64,000 nt of DNA from an uncultured Actinomycetota bacterium (GTDB taxonomy: Bacteria; Actinomycetota; Actinomycetes; DATJPE01): NCBI GenBank assembly GCA_963805505.1, contig CAWDUP010000004.1:189382-253381 (forward strand). Direction: 5' to 3'. Positions 50,640 through 60,520 of the stretch are shown here, one piece after another. The position numbers and the translations under genes are program-made. The notes beneath the pieces were generated by a model. That model saw only the letters and a program-made list of their open reading frames with translations, did not search any database and had not been told where the DNA came from. Each line of letters starts with the position of its first letter. Position 1 is the first letter of the stretch.

Positions 50640-50691
50640 TGACCGCCCTACTGAAGCGACGGTCGGGCTCGTGCGAGAGGATGGCGATCTC

Positions 50692-51942
50692 ATGAGTTCG
50701 CCTGCCTCCCCCGCGCCCGCCGGGCGGACCCGATGGATCCAGCGCCTGCCGATGTACGGGCTGCCGCGCGAGGTCGCCGTCCTGACCGCGGTGGCGTTCT
50801 TCGTCGCTCTGGGGTTCGGAATCCTGGCGCCCGCGATCCCCGTCTTCGCCAAGGACTTCGGCGTCTCCAACTTCGCCGCCTCCTCGGTCATCAGCGTGTT
50901 CGCTCTGATGCGCTTCGTCTCGGCATTCACCGGCGGGAGGCTGGTCGACCGTCTCGGGGAACGGGTTGTGCTGGCCAGCGGGATCGGCATCGTCGCGGTG
51001 TCGAGCTTCTTCGCCGGGCTGTCTCAGTCCTTCCCCCAGCTGCTGATCCTGCGCGGAATAGGCGGGGTGGGATCGGCCATGTTCACGGTCTCGGCGTTGA
51101 GCTTGCTGTTGCGCGTCGCAACGCCCGATCAGCGTGGCCAGGCCAGCGGGTCGTTCCAATCTGGGTTCCTGCTCGGGGGGATCTTCGGTCCCGCTTTCGG
51201 CGGGCCGCTGACCGAGTGGTCGATCCGAGCACCGTTCTTCGTCTACGCGGGGACGCTCGCCGCCGCCGGAACAGTCGCGATGGTCTACCTGGCGCAGAGC
51301 TCACTGCGGGAGCGAGACCAGCGCACCGGCGCGGCCCATTCCCCGACGTCGTTGCGGACCGCGATCCGCTCGTCGGCCTATCGCTCTGCGGTCGTCAACA
51401 ACTTCGCCAACGGCTGGTCGATCTTCGGTGTTCGCGCGGCGCTCATCCCGATCTTCGTGGTCGAAGGGCTCAAGGTGGGGGCGTCGTGGACCGGGATCGG
51501 CCTGGTCGTCGGGGCGATCAGTCAGGTCCTCGTGCTGATCCCGGCCGGCCGCCTGGCCGACACCCGCGGGCGCAAGCCGTACCTCCTCGCCGGTGCCTCG
51601 CTCGCACTGGCCGCCGCGGTGGTCCTGGCACTGTCGAGCTCTGTCGCGCCCTACCTGGTGGCCATGGCCCTGTTCGGCGCCGCATCTGCGCTGATCGGCG
51701 TCTCGTCAGCGGCCGTCGTCGGCGACGTCATCGGAGGACGTGGCGGCACCCCCGTTGCGGCCTATCAGATGGCGGCGGACGCCGGAACGTTCACCGGACC
51801 CCTCGTGGCAGGAGCCCTGTCCGACACCTACAGCTATGAGGTCGCGTTCTTCGCGACGGCTGGCGTGTCTGTCATCGCCTTGCTGACCGTGTTCCGGATG
51901 CCAGAGACCAAACCCAAGTCAGCGCCCTCCCCGCCTGACTAG
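50692..51942 (+). CDS. MFS transporter (12 TMS)
   Basis: GRLVDRLGER and LRGIGGVGSAM MFS motifs. ATG at 50692. Confidence 0.85.
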   Translation: MSSPASPAPAGRTRWIQRLPMYGLPREVAVLTAVAFFVALGFGILAPAIPVFAKDFGVSNFAASSVISVFALMRFVSAFTGGRLVDRLGERVVLASGIGIVAVSSFFAGLSQSFPQLLILRGIGGVGSAMFTVSALSLLLRVATPDQRGQASGSFQSGFLLGGIFGPAFGGPLTEWSIRAPFFVYAGTLAAAGTVAMVYLAQSSLRERDQRTGAAHSPTSLRTAIRSSAYRSAVVNNFANGWSIFGVRAALIPIFVVEGLKVGASWTGIGLVVGAISQVLVLIPAGRLADTRGRKPYLLAGASLALAAAVVLALSSSVAPYLVAMALFGAASALIGVSSAAVVGDVIGGRGGTPVAAYQMAADAGTFTGPLVAGALSDTYSYEVAFFATAGVSVIALLTVFRMPETKPKSAPSPPD

Positions 51943-51945
51943 GGC

Positions 51946-53292
51946 TCAGGTGTCATAGCCGGGTGCAAGCCGCACCCACGGCCGAGCCTCCTCTATCTGC
52001 GCGGCCAGACCCATCAGCAGCGTCTCGCCACCGGGGGGGCACACGAGTTGGGTGGCCGTCGGGGTGCCGACTCGGTGGACACCGCTGGGCACCGAAACCG
52101 CCGGCCAGCCCAGCAGGTTCCATGGCGCGGCGAACGGAGCGAACCGGATGTTGGCCCACACCGACGCGGCCCACGAGCCACGTCCCCATTCCTGGGACGA
52201 GATCGGCGGCTGCGCCAGGGTCGGGGTGAGCAGGACGTCGTACCGCCGAAACCAAGGCTCCATCTTCTCGGCCCACGCCTGCTTCTGCGTGTCCTTGACC
52301 AGATCGAAACGCCGTACGGCGTCGCCGAGCAGAGCATGGACGCGAGTTCGGCGCTCCATCGCCTTTCGGTCTAGGCCTTCCGCATCCTGGGAAGCGCCAC
52401 CGAACCACCGGGCAAGGATCGGCCAGGTGTTGAGCGGGTAAGGGAACGGCGCCTCCTCCACCATGTGACCCGCGGCAGCCAACGCTTCAGCCGTCCCGCG
52501 CACCCCGTCTGCCCAGCCGTCGTCGACCGGGGAAACGATCATCGCCTTGTCCAGCGCCAGTCCGACCCGAAGCGGTCGGTCGGGCCAGCGGATCTCGGCG
52601 TATCCCGGACGGTCGGCGAGCACCGAGAACATCAGTGCCAGGTCGGCAACCGTCGTCGCGAGAGGGCCGTTCTCCGACATCCCGTACCAACTGTTCGCAC
52701 CGATGTCAGCCGGGATGAGATTCTCGCCTGGCTTGATTCCCACCAGACCGCAACAGGCTGCTGGGATCCGGATCGACCCCAACCCATCGTTGCCGTGGGC
52801 GATCGGGACGAGTCCTGCGGACACGGCCGCAGCAGCGCCACCCGAGGATCCACCCGGCGTTCGTGTGACGTCCCAGGGATTTCTTGCCACGCCGAACGGG
52901 GAGTCGGAAGCGCCGAACAAACAGAGCTCAGGAGTTCGTGTCATACCGACAACCACGGCACCAGCGGCCCGCAAGCGTCGCACCACCGGATGATCCGCCG
53001 GCTGAGGGCGGTCGCTGGTGGCCAACGATCCGTCGCGCATGGGCTCGCCGGCGACGGCCACGTTGTCCTTGATCGCGACGGGCACCCCAGCCAACGGCAG
53101 AGAGCTCAGATCGTCCCTGGTCGCGAGTTGCCCCGCCTCGGCCAGCGCCTTCTCAGCCCGGACCAGCTGAAAGGCGCCGAGCTTCGGATCGTGAGCGGCG
53201 ATCCGACCCAGGGCCAGCGCGACCGAATCGGTCGGCGAGAGCTCACCGGCACGAACGGACTCGGCGGTCTCGACGGCAGTGCGAATGCTCAT
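51946..53292 (-). CDS. amidase-signature family amidase
   Basis: GGSSGGAAAAVSAGL and GTDTGGSIRIPA-like (GNDGLGSIRIPAACCG) signature. Confidence 0.9.
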   Translation of the reverse strand: MSIRTAVETAESVRAGELSPTDSVALALGRIAAHDPKLGAFQLVRAEKALAEAGQLATRDDLSSLPLAGVPVAIKDNVAVAGEPMRDGSLATSDRPQPADHPVVRRLRAAGAVVVGMTRTPELCLFGASDSPFGVARNPWDVTRTPGGSSGGAAAAVSAGLVPIAHGNDGLGSIRIPAACCGLVGIKPGENLIPADIGANSWYGMSENGPLATTVADLALMFSVLADRPGYAEIRWPDRPLRVGLALDKAMIVSPVDDGWADGVRGTAEALAAAGHMVEEAPFPYPLNTWPILARWFGGASQDAEGLDRKAMERRTRVHALLGDAVRRFDLVKDTQKQAWAEKMEPWFRRYDVLLTPTLAQPPISSQEWGRGSWAASVWANIRFAPFAAPWNLLGWPAVSVPSGVHRVGTPTATQLVCPPGGETLLMGLAAQIEEARPWVRLAPGYDT

Positions 53293-53342
53293 GACTCGGA
53301 CCCTAGTGGGCGTCTCAGGAAGTGCTCAGTGCCCAGGGCGGA

Positions 53343-54701
53343 TCAACCGGAGAGCTCCGCGCCAAGCAGCCGCGCAGCCGCGTCGGGGTGATCCGTCGAC
53401 AGCAGACCGGCCGCCGCCAGCACATAGGACCCATCCACGACCACCCGCGCACGCTCAGGTAGCTTCCAGCCGCCGGCATGGTCGCGCAGGGCCGGACCTA
53501 GGACTGACTCGATGGCAGCCGCACCACCGTGCCGGAGCACGCCGCCTGACCCAACGACCATCGTGACCGAGCGAAGGTCCTTGCCCGGACGCCGTGGGTC
53601 GTCGGGCGCCACGGCGGCGGTTGGTCGAGCGTGTCTGCGCAGGGCGATGGTGGTAGCCAGCCGCGCCAACGTCAGGTCATCGCGCCGCTCGGCGGCTCCG
53701 GTCGGCAACCAGCCTGGGTCGGCCGCTCGAGCCTCGGCGCCGGCCTCGAGCCGATCCCCAGCTGCAAGCAGCCGCTCGGTCTCGGCTGCCTCCACGACAC
53801 CTGGGGCGTTCCATCGCACACCGAGATCGCCCTCGACCGTGCGTTCGCGCCACATCATCTCGACCACCTCGCGATGGAGAGCAGCGTCCTCGGGGTCCGG
53901 CGTCACAACCGAGTAGACATCGGTCGTGGCTCCCCCGACATCCACCACCAGCACGTCCCCGGCGCCGGGCACCCCCTCCGAACCGTCGGACAGCAGCTCG
54001 ACGCCGGACAGAACGGCGTCCGGCGTGGCCGCTCGGACGAGGCGACGAAACTCCTCCCCCTTCGACATTCCTTTCCCGCCGATCACGTGGCTGATGAACA
54101 TCTCGCGGATCGCCGCGCGAGCCGGGCTGGGGTCGAGAACGCCGATGCGCGGCAGGACGTTCGCCGTCGGCAGCGACGTACGCCCCGCGGCGTCGAGGAT
54201 CGAGCAGACCTCATCCGTGGCCGCTGCGTTCCCTGCCACCACGACCGGAGCAGAGATCTTCCCGGCAGCGAGGGCCGCGGCATTGTGGAGCAGGACCTCA
54301 GCGTTGCCTCCGTCCGTGCCACCTACGAGCAGGACCACGTCTGGTTCGGCGGCACGCAGGGCCGTGATCCCCCGCTTGTCCATCGGCCCAGAAGACACGT
54401 GGACGACGCGCGCCCCAGCCGACACACCTACTCGGGCACCAGCCTCGGCCGTGACCAGCCGCTCGTAACCCACGACGGCGAGCCGGAGTCCCCCGCCAGC
54501 CGAGGAGCAGACCCGCACGTGGTCGGCGACATCCCCGGCGCTCTGCTCGGCAGCCGTACGCACGGCGGCAAGGCCATCGAGGACGTCGGTGTTGATCGTC
54601 GTCGGATGCGTCGCCGTGGCCAACAACCGCCCGGAGGGCACCTCGATGAGAGCGCCCTTGGTGAAGGTTGATCCGACATCGACGCACAGGATGCGCGTCA
54701 C
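53343..54701 (-). CDS. GlmL/MutL-like ASKHA-fold protein (glutamate mutase L family)
   Basis: N-terminal RILCVDVGSTFTKGALIE phosphate-1 motif and DVGGATTD phosphate-2 motif. Confidence 0.65.
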   Translation of the reverse strand: MTRILCVDVGSTFTKGALIEVPSGRLLATATHPTTINTDVLDGLAAVRTAAEQSAGDVADHVRVCSSAGGGLRLAVVGYERLVTAEAGARVGVSAGARVVHVSSGPMDKRGITALRAAEPDVVLLVGGTDGGNAEVLLHNAAALAAGKISAPVVVAGNAAATDEVCSILDAAGRTSLPTANVLPRIGVLDPSPARAAIREMFISHVIGGKGMSKGEEFRRLVRAATPDAVLSGVELLSDGSEGVPGAGDVLVVDVGGATTDVYSVVTPDPEDAALHREVVEMMWRERTVEGDLGVRWNAPGVVEAAETERLLAAGDRLEAGAEARAADPGWLPTGAAERRDDLTLARLATTIALRRHARPTAAVAPDDPRRPGKDLRSVTMVVGSGGVLRHGGAAAIESVLGPALRDHAGGWKLPERARVVVDGSYVLAAAGLLSTDHPDAAARLLGAELSG

Positions 54702-54709
54702 CGTCGAGG

Positions 54710-55870
54710 TCAGCGAAGCGCCTGGGTGAGGTCGGCGAGCAGGTCGTCAACGGTTTCGAGGCCTACCGAAAGCCGCACCAGGTCGGCGGGTACCTCGAGG
54801 ACAGAGCCCGCGACCGAGGCGTGGGTCATCCGACCCGGGTGCTCGATCAGTGACTCGACGCCGCCGAGTGACTCGCCGAGAGTGAAGACCTCAGCCCGGG
54901 AACACACCGCGAGCGCCTCCTCCTCGCCCCCGCTGACCCGGAAGGAGACCATCCCGCCGAAGTCGCGCATCTGCTTGACCGCGACGTCATGACCGGTGTG
55001 ATCAGGCAAGCCCGGCCAGAAGACCTCGACCACGTTGGGGTGCGCGGTGAGCAGATCCACCACCCGGGCGGCGTTGGCGCAGTGCCGATCCATCCGCACA
55101 CCCAGTGTCTTCGCGCCACGAAGGACCAGCCAGGAGTCGAACGGGCCAGCCACGGCTCCCATCGCATTCTGGTGGTAGGCCAGCTGCTCGCCCAGGCCCC
55201 CGTCTGCCACGACGATGGCTCCCCCGACGACATCGGAGTGCCCGCCGAGATACTTCGTCGTCGAGTGCACGACAGCGTCCGCGCCGAGGACGATCGGCTG
55301 CTGGAGGTACGGCGACGCGAAGGTGTTGTCGACGACGAGGAGCGCCCCAGCTTCGTGGGCGATCGCTGCAATCGCCTCGATGTCGGCGATCCCGAGCAGC
55401 GGATTGGTGGGCGTCTCTACCCAGACGAGCTTGGTGCGTCCCGGCTCCACGGCCGACCGCACGGCGTCGACGTCAGACAGCTTGGTCGGGGTGTTCGCGA
55501 CGCCCCACCGCTCGTGCACCTGGGAGAACAGTCGATACGTTCCGCCGTACGCATCATCAGGGATCACGACATGATCGCCGGGCGACAACAGAGTGCGCAG
55601 GAAGGTGTCCTCGGCCGCCAGTCCGGATGCGAAAGCGAGACCGCGAGCGCCGCCCTCGAGCGCGGCGAGGCACTCCTCGAGCGCCGTCCTCGTGGGATTG
55701 CCGGACCGGGCGTATTCGTAGCCGCCACGCAGTCCGCCGACACCGTCTTGTTTGAAGGTCGACACCTGGTAGATCGGGGGGACGACGGCGCCCGTCGTCG
55801 GGTCCGGCTCCTGGCCCGCGTGGATCGCGAGGGTCTCGAAACCATGAGTACCGTGATCTCCGTGAGTCAT
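54710..55870 (-). CDS. metB: cystathionine gamma-synthase/gamma-lyase (PLP-dependent)
   Basis: GNPTR, and HSTTKYLGGHSDVVGG with the PLP lysine. Confidence 0.9.
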   Translation of the reverse strand: MTHGDHGTHGFETLAIHAGQEPDPTTGAVVPPIYQVSTFKQDGVGGLRGGYEYARSGNPTRTALEECLAALEGGARGLAFASGLAAEDTFLRTLLSPGDHVVIPDDAYGGTYRLFSQVHERWGVANTPTKLSDVDAVRSAVEPGRTKLVWVETPTNPLLGIADIEAIAAIAHEAGALLVVDNTFASPYLQQPIVLGADAVVHSTTKYLGGHSDVVGGAIVVADGGLGEQLAYHQNAMGAVAGPFDSWLVLRGAKTLGVRMDRHCANAARVVDLLTAHPNVVEVFWPGLPDHTGHDVAVKQMRDFGGMVSFRVSGGEEEALAVCSRAEVFTLGESLGGVESLIEHPGRMTHASVAGSVLEVPADLVRLSVGLETVDDLLADLTQALR

Positions 55871-55993
55871 GGTCTGAGGCTAGCCCGCTGCCGCCCGACC
55901 CGCCCCACCCCCGCTGTCACCGTTTCGTCAGGTTTGCGTGGAACACCGGGACCCCGGGATGGTGTTGGACCGGGTGACCCCTAAGGAGGACCC

Positions 55994-56638
55994 GTGCTGT
56001 TCAGCTCCCGCAAGTCCCAGCTGGTGACCGCCGACCAGTCGCTGCCCGGTCGATCCAGCCGACCCTTCAGCGTCGCCACGACCCACGCCGTGCTCGGGAC
56101 GCCGATGTTCGGACCCTGGCCCGAGGGCTACGAGGTCGCCTACTTCGGTCTGGGCTGCTTCTGGGGAGCAGAACGGAAGTTCTGGCAGGTCCCCGGGGTC
56201 TACTCCACAGCGGTCGGATATCAGGGCGGCCACACTCCGCACGCGACGTACGACGAGGTCTGCACCGGTCGGACCGGTCACAGCGAAGCGGTGCAGGTCG
56301 TGTACGACCCCGCGGTCGTCTCCTACGACGATCTGCTGAAGGTCTTCTGGACGATCCACGACCCCACCCAGGGCTTCCGCCAAGGCAACGACGTGGGAAC
56401 GCAGTACCGATCGGCCGTCTACTGGACCACCGACGCTCAGCGGGAGACCTACGAGAGGTCGAAGGACACCTACCAAGGCGCCCTCGATCGGGCAGGCCTC
56501 GACCCGATCACCACAGAGGCGATGACTGCGCCGGAGTTCTACTACGCGGAGGACGTGCACCAGCAGTACCTGCACAAAGTTCCGCACGGCTACGACTGCC
56601 ACTCGTCAACCGGAGTTCCCTTCCCGGCAGACGCGTAG
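55994..56638 (+). CDS. msrA: peptide-methionine (S)-S-oxide reductase
   Basis: GLGCFWGAE active-site motif; GTG start with RBS AAGGAGGA. Confidence 0.9.
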   Translation: MLFSSRKSQLVTADQSLPGRSSRPFSVATTHAVLGTPMFGPWPEGYEVAYFGLGCFWGAERKFWQVPGVYSTAVGYQGGHTPHATYDEVCTGRTGHSEAVQVVYDPAVVSYDDLLKVFWTIHDPTQGFRQGNDVGTQYRSAVYWTTDAQRETYERSKDTYQGALDRAGLDPITTEAMTAPEFYYAEDVHQQYLHKVPHGYDCHSSTGVPFPADA

Positions 56639-56763
56639 CCGCAGTCGCGAGCCCGGTGAAATCTCCTGCCGGAAGCTGTCGTATCCGGCCGATGCCGTTC
56701 GTCTATAGGTTGAGGCGGACACCGGGTCCGCGCTGAGGATCGCTTGAAGACAAAGGGGAAGCC

Positions 56764-57123
56764 ATGGCCGAATACCTCATCTACTTCAATCAGCAGTGGG
56801 TGGGCGACCACACCGAGGAGTGGTTCCGCAGTCGCGGACCGCTCGCCATGGGCGTGGTGAACGAGATCAAGGCGGCCGGCGAGCTGGTTTTCGCCGGAGG
56901 GCTGGACGAGGACACCGAGAACGCGTTCAGCGCCGACGCGACCAGCGGCTCGCTGCTGATCACCGACGGACCGTTCGTCGAGACCAAGGAGTACCTCGGC
57001 GGGCTCACCATCGTCGACGTTGCCGACGAGGCGAGGGCCAAGTTGTGGGCCGGAAAGATTGCCGAAGCGTGCGGCTGGCCCCAAGAGGTACGCCAGTTCA
57101 AGGCTCCGCCGCTGTCCGAGTGA
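56764..57123 (+). CDS. YciI-like (DGPF) family protein
   Basis: 119 aa with YciI-like pattern; strong RBS AAGGGGAAG. Confidence 0.8.
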   Translation: MAEYLIYFNQQWVGDHTEEWFRSRGPLAMGVVNEIKAAGELVFAGGLDEDTENAFSADATSGSLLITDGPFVETKEYLGGLTIVDVADEARAKLWAGKIAEACGWPQEVRQFKAPPLSE

Positions 57124-57263
57124 TCAGGAGCTGAGCCTGGGCGCGGCTCCCGTGGTGTGAGGCAGGTCACCGCTCGGGTTGCGCCATGATCGGGCGTCCC
57201 CCACGTCTGATGGGTACGGGTGCGATCCGGCACCCGACCCTCAGACGAAACGGGACTCAACAC

Positions 57264-58160
57264 GTGAACAAGTTCACCAAGAGCACGACCGTCCTCGGCA
57301 CGGCTGTCATCGCCGTCACCGGCCTCGGCTTCACGCAGGCTGCGCACGCCGACACGGCCCCCATCACCATCCGCCAGACTGACCTCATCCCTGAGCTGGC
57401 TGACACCCGCTCCGCCGGTCACGTCACCTTCCTCGCTGACGGTCTGCACGTCATGACCGATGACACGACCTCACAGGCCAAGGCCGCGGAGTACTTCAGC
57501 GTCACCGGCCCATTGCCCACCAGCGCGTCGCTCACCTGGTACGGCACCCAGCCGCAGCCTGGCCAGCAGATCGTCTTCGACGTGGACGACGTCGCGGGCA
57601 ACGGCAACGACTTCAACATCCTGGTTGGCGAGCCCACCTACTACGGTGCCAACTGGTGGCTGACCAACGGATCATCCGATGACGCCAAGGCCGTTGATCC
57701 ATCAGGCGCCAACAACACGGGCAACGGATCGGCCTACTTCGGCACCCTGGCGGAGTGGAAGGCGGCTCTTCCGGCGACCGCCCGGGTCTACGCCGGCGGC
57801 TTCTCGTTGGGTTCCGGCGTCAAGGGCGACGGCTACCTCGGCTCGGAGACCTACGGCGACACGACGTACACCTTCTCCGCGAACACGGTCGCTGACGTCA
57901 AGGCCAAGGCCCACAAGACGGTCGGCCAGCACAAGGCCAAGCTGGTCTTCACCAGCAAGGCCCAGCCGGCCAACTCCACGGTCGGCAAGTTGGTCACGTG
58001 GCGCGTCATGGCCGACGGCCAGCGCATCGCCAAGATCAAGCAGGGCTTCAGCGAGACCGACACGATCGTCGCTCGCTTCCCCAAGCACAGCGGCAAGCAC
58101 ACGGTCGACGTGTACAAGAACGGTGTGCAGGTTCGGCACTTCTCGGTCCGCACCCACTAG
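57264..58160 (+). CDS. secreted hypothetical protein
   Basis: GTG start and signal peptide (TTVLGTAVIAVTGLGFTQAAHA); Gly/Thr/Asn-rich. Confidence 0.55.
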   Translation: MNKFTKSTTVLGTAVIAVTGLGFTQAAHADTAPITIRQTDLIPELADTRSAGHVTFLADGLHVMTDDTTSQAKAAEYFSVTGPLPTSASLTWYGTQPQPGQQIVFDVDDVAGNGNDFNILVGEPTYYGANWWLTNGSSDDAKAVDPSGANNTGNGSAYFGTLAEWKAALPATARVYAGGFSLGSGVKGDGYLGSETYGDTTYTFSANTVADVKAKAHKTVGQHKAKLVFTSKAQPANSTVGKLVTWRVMADGQRIAKIKQGFSETDTIVARFPKHSGKHTVDVYKNGVQVRHFSVRTH

Positions 58161-58195
58161 CACCGTCTGCACCAGATAGCTCGACCACACGACAA

Positions 58196-58240
58196 GGTCG
58201 GGCGAGGCTACCCCGTCGTCAGCCTCGCCCGACCTTTGGT
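58196..58240. terminator. bidirectional intrinsic terminator between convergent genes
   Basis: Perfect 14-bp stem ggtcgggcgaggct / agcctcgcccgacc with an 11-nt loop, followed by TTTGGTG. Confidence 0.6.
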
Positions 58241-58349
58241 GTCCCCGTTGGCCGTGCGGTGGTGCTGATTGAAGAATCGGCAACGAGCGCACAAAGTTGA
58301 GCAGCGCCGTACGGCTCCGACGAGATCCCCTGTGCAGGACCGTGCGAGT

Positions 58350-59714
58350 TCAGCGGGCCAGGAACCCGAGGACGTCTTGGCGGGTGAGCACACCGATCGG
58401 CTTGCCATCGTCGAGCACGACCGCCGCATCGGCGGTCTCCAGCGCACTGATGGCAGCAGCCATCTGCTCACCTGCCCCGACCACCGGCAGTGCCTCTGAC
58501 ATGTGCCGTTCCACCGGGTCAGCGAGGGCAGCTCGACCGCCGAACAAGGCATCAAGGAGATCGCGCTCGACCACCGAGCCGACGATTTCCGCCGCCATGA
58601 CGGGGGGTTCGGCCTTCACCACCGGCAGCTGCGAGACGCCGTACTCACGCAGGATGTCGATCGCTTCTCGCACCGTCTCGTTGGGGTGGGTGTGCACGAA
58701 TGACGGGATGCCATGGGTCTTGGCCTCCAAGACGTCCCCCACCGACTGCTCTCCGGGTGTGCTGAGGAAGCCGTAGTCGGCCATCCAGTCGTCGCTGAAA
58801 ACCTTCGACAGGTAGCCACGGCCACCGTCAGGAAGCAGCACGACGACCACCGCATCGGGTCCCGCCTCCGCCGCGACACGCACTGCGGCGACCGCGGCCA
58901 TCCCGCACGAGCCCCCGACGAGCAGCCCCTCCTCGCGCGCCAACCTGCGCGTCATGACGAAGGAGTCCTTGTCCGACACGGCGATGATCCGGTCGCAGAC
59001 CGTCTTGTCGTAGGTCGTCGGCCAGAAGTCCTCGCCGACCCCTTCGACGAGATAGGGGCGTCCGGTCCCCCCGCTGTAGACCGAACCCTCAGGGTCTGCA
59101 CCGATGACCTGGACCCGACCGTCGCTCACCTCCTTGAGGAAGCGTCCGGTCCCAGTGATCGTCCCCCCAGTTCCGACCCCAGCGACGAAGTGCGTGATCC
59201 GACCCTCGGTCTGCTCCCACAGCTCTGGCCCGGTGCTGGCGTAGTGCGACGCCGGATTCTGCGGGTTGGAGTACTGATCGGGCTTCCAGGCGCCCTCGAT
59301 CTCCCGCGCCAACCGGTCGCTGACCTGGTAATAGCTGCGGGGGTCCTCCGGCTCGACGGCCGTAGGGCACACCACAACCTCGGCGCCGTACGCTCGCAGA
59401 ACGTTGATCTTGTCACCGGACACCTTGTCCGGGCAGACGAAAATCGTGCGATAGCCCCGCTGCTGGGCGACCAGGGCAAGTCCGACGCCGGTGTTGCCGG
59501 AGGTCGGCTCGACAATGGTCCCGCCGGGCTTGATCAGACCGTCGCGTTCGGCCGCGTCCACCATGGCCACCGCGATCCGGTCTTTGACCGAACCACCGGG
59601 GTTGAGGTACTCCACCTTCGCCAAGACCTGCCCAGGAGCACCGTCGGTGACGTGGTGGAGCCTCACCAACGGTGTGTTGCCGATCAGATCGATGACCGAG
59701 TCGTGAACGCGCAT
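58350..59714 (-). CDS. cbs: cystathionine beta-synthase (PLP domain plus tandem CBS domains)
   Basis: GNTPLVRL, SVKDRIA, and GNTGVGLA motifs plus a C-terminal Bateman (CBS) pair. Confidence 0.9.
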   Translation of the reverse strand: MRVHDSVIDLIGNTPLVRLHHVTDGAPGQVLAKVEYLNPGGSVKDRIAVAMVDAAERDGLIKPGGTIVEPTSGNTGVGLALVAQQRGYRTIFVCPDKVSGDKINVLRAYGAEVVVCPTAVEPEDPRSYYQVSDRLAREIEGAWKPDQYSNPQNPASHYASTGPELWEQTEGRITHFVAGVGTGGTITGTGRFLKEVSDGRVQVIGADPEGSVYSGGTGRPYLVEGVGEDFWPTTYDKTVCDRIIAVSDKDSFVMTRRLAREEGLLVGGSCGMAAVAAVRVAAEAGPDAVVVVLLPDGGRGYLSKVFSDDWMADYGFLSTPGEQSVGDVLEAKTHGIPSFVHTHPNETVREAIDILREYGVSQLPVVKAEPPVMAAEIVGSVVERDLLDALFGGRAALADPVERHMSEALPVVGAGEQMAAAISALETADAAVVLDDGKPIGVLTRQDVLGFLAR

Positions 59715-59791
59715 GCCGATCACCGTAGACGCAGCCGGTCGATGAGCCGCACTACCATCGGAGGAAACTCAGCCAGACAGGAGAAAGTTGC

Positions 59792-60517
59792 GTGAGCAAG
59801 CCCGCCGCGATCGCGCTGGCACCCGGCGTCTGGCGGGTGCCGACCACACCCAAGGACCTCGTCAACAGCTTCGTCCTCCGCGACGACGACGGTCAGGTGA
59901 CGTTGGTCGACACCGGCCTGAAGTCCGCGCCGCCACGCATCCTGGCGGCCTTGCAGGAAATCGGCAGCTCGCCAAGTGACGTCACTCGCATCCTCCTGAC
60001 TCACGGCCACTCCGACCATGCAGGCGGTGCGGCACGCATGCGGGAAGAGACGCAGGCCCCGCTCGCCGTCCACGCCGATGATGCGGCGACGGTGCGCGAG
60101 GGGAGCGCACCACCCCTCGACCAGTCGCTGCTCATGGGCCGGCTGCTCAAGCGGGGCGGCAAGTCGCCTGCAGCTCCGGTCGACGAAGAGCTTCACGACG
60201 GTCAGGTCATCGACGTCGGTGGCGGCTTGCGGGTTCTCCATACGCCAGGGCACTCGCCGGGTCACGTCAGCTTCCTTCACGAACCGACCCGCCTGCTGAT
60301 CACCGGCGATGCGATCTGGAACGTCCGCCGCCACCTGACGTGGTCGGTGCTGTCGTTCTGCACCGACGTGCAGCTCACTCAGCAGACCGCTCAGGTGCTC
60401 GGCGAGCTCGATTACGACGTCGCCGCGTTCACCCACGGCCCAGAGATCCGCGACGGTGCGCGCGAGGCCGTACGCGGTTTCCTGCGGCGGCCCCGAGGAT
60501 TTCGCGGAGGTTTCTGA
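59792..60517 (+). CDS. MBL-fold metallo-hydrolase
   Basis: LTHGHSDHAGG motif; GTG start with RBS. Confidence 0.8.
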   Translation: MSKPAAIALAPGVWRVPTTPKDLVNSFVLRDDDGQVTLVDTGLKSAPPRILAALQEIGSSPSDVTRILLTHGHSDHAGGAARMREETQAPLAVHADDAATVREGSAPPLDQSLLMGRLLKRGGKSPAAPVDEELHDGQVIDVGGGLRVLHTPGHSPGHVSFLHEPTRLLITGDAIWNVRRHLTWSVLSFCTDVQLTQQTAQVLGELDYDVAAFTHGPEIRDGAREAVRGFLRRPRGFRGGF

Positions 60518-60520
60518 CCC

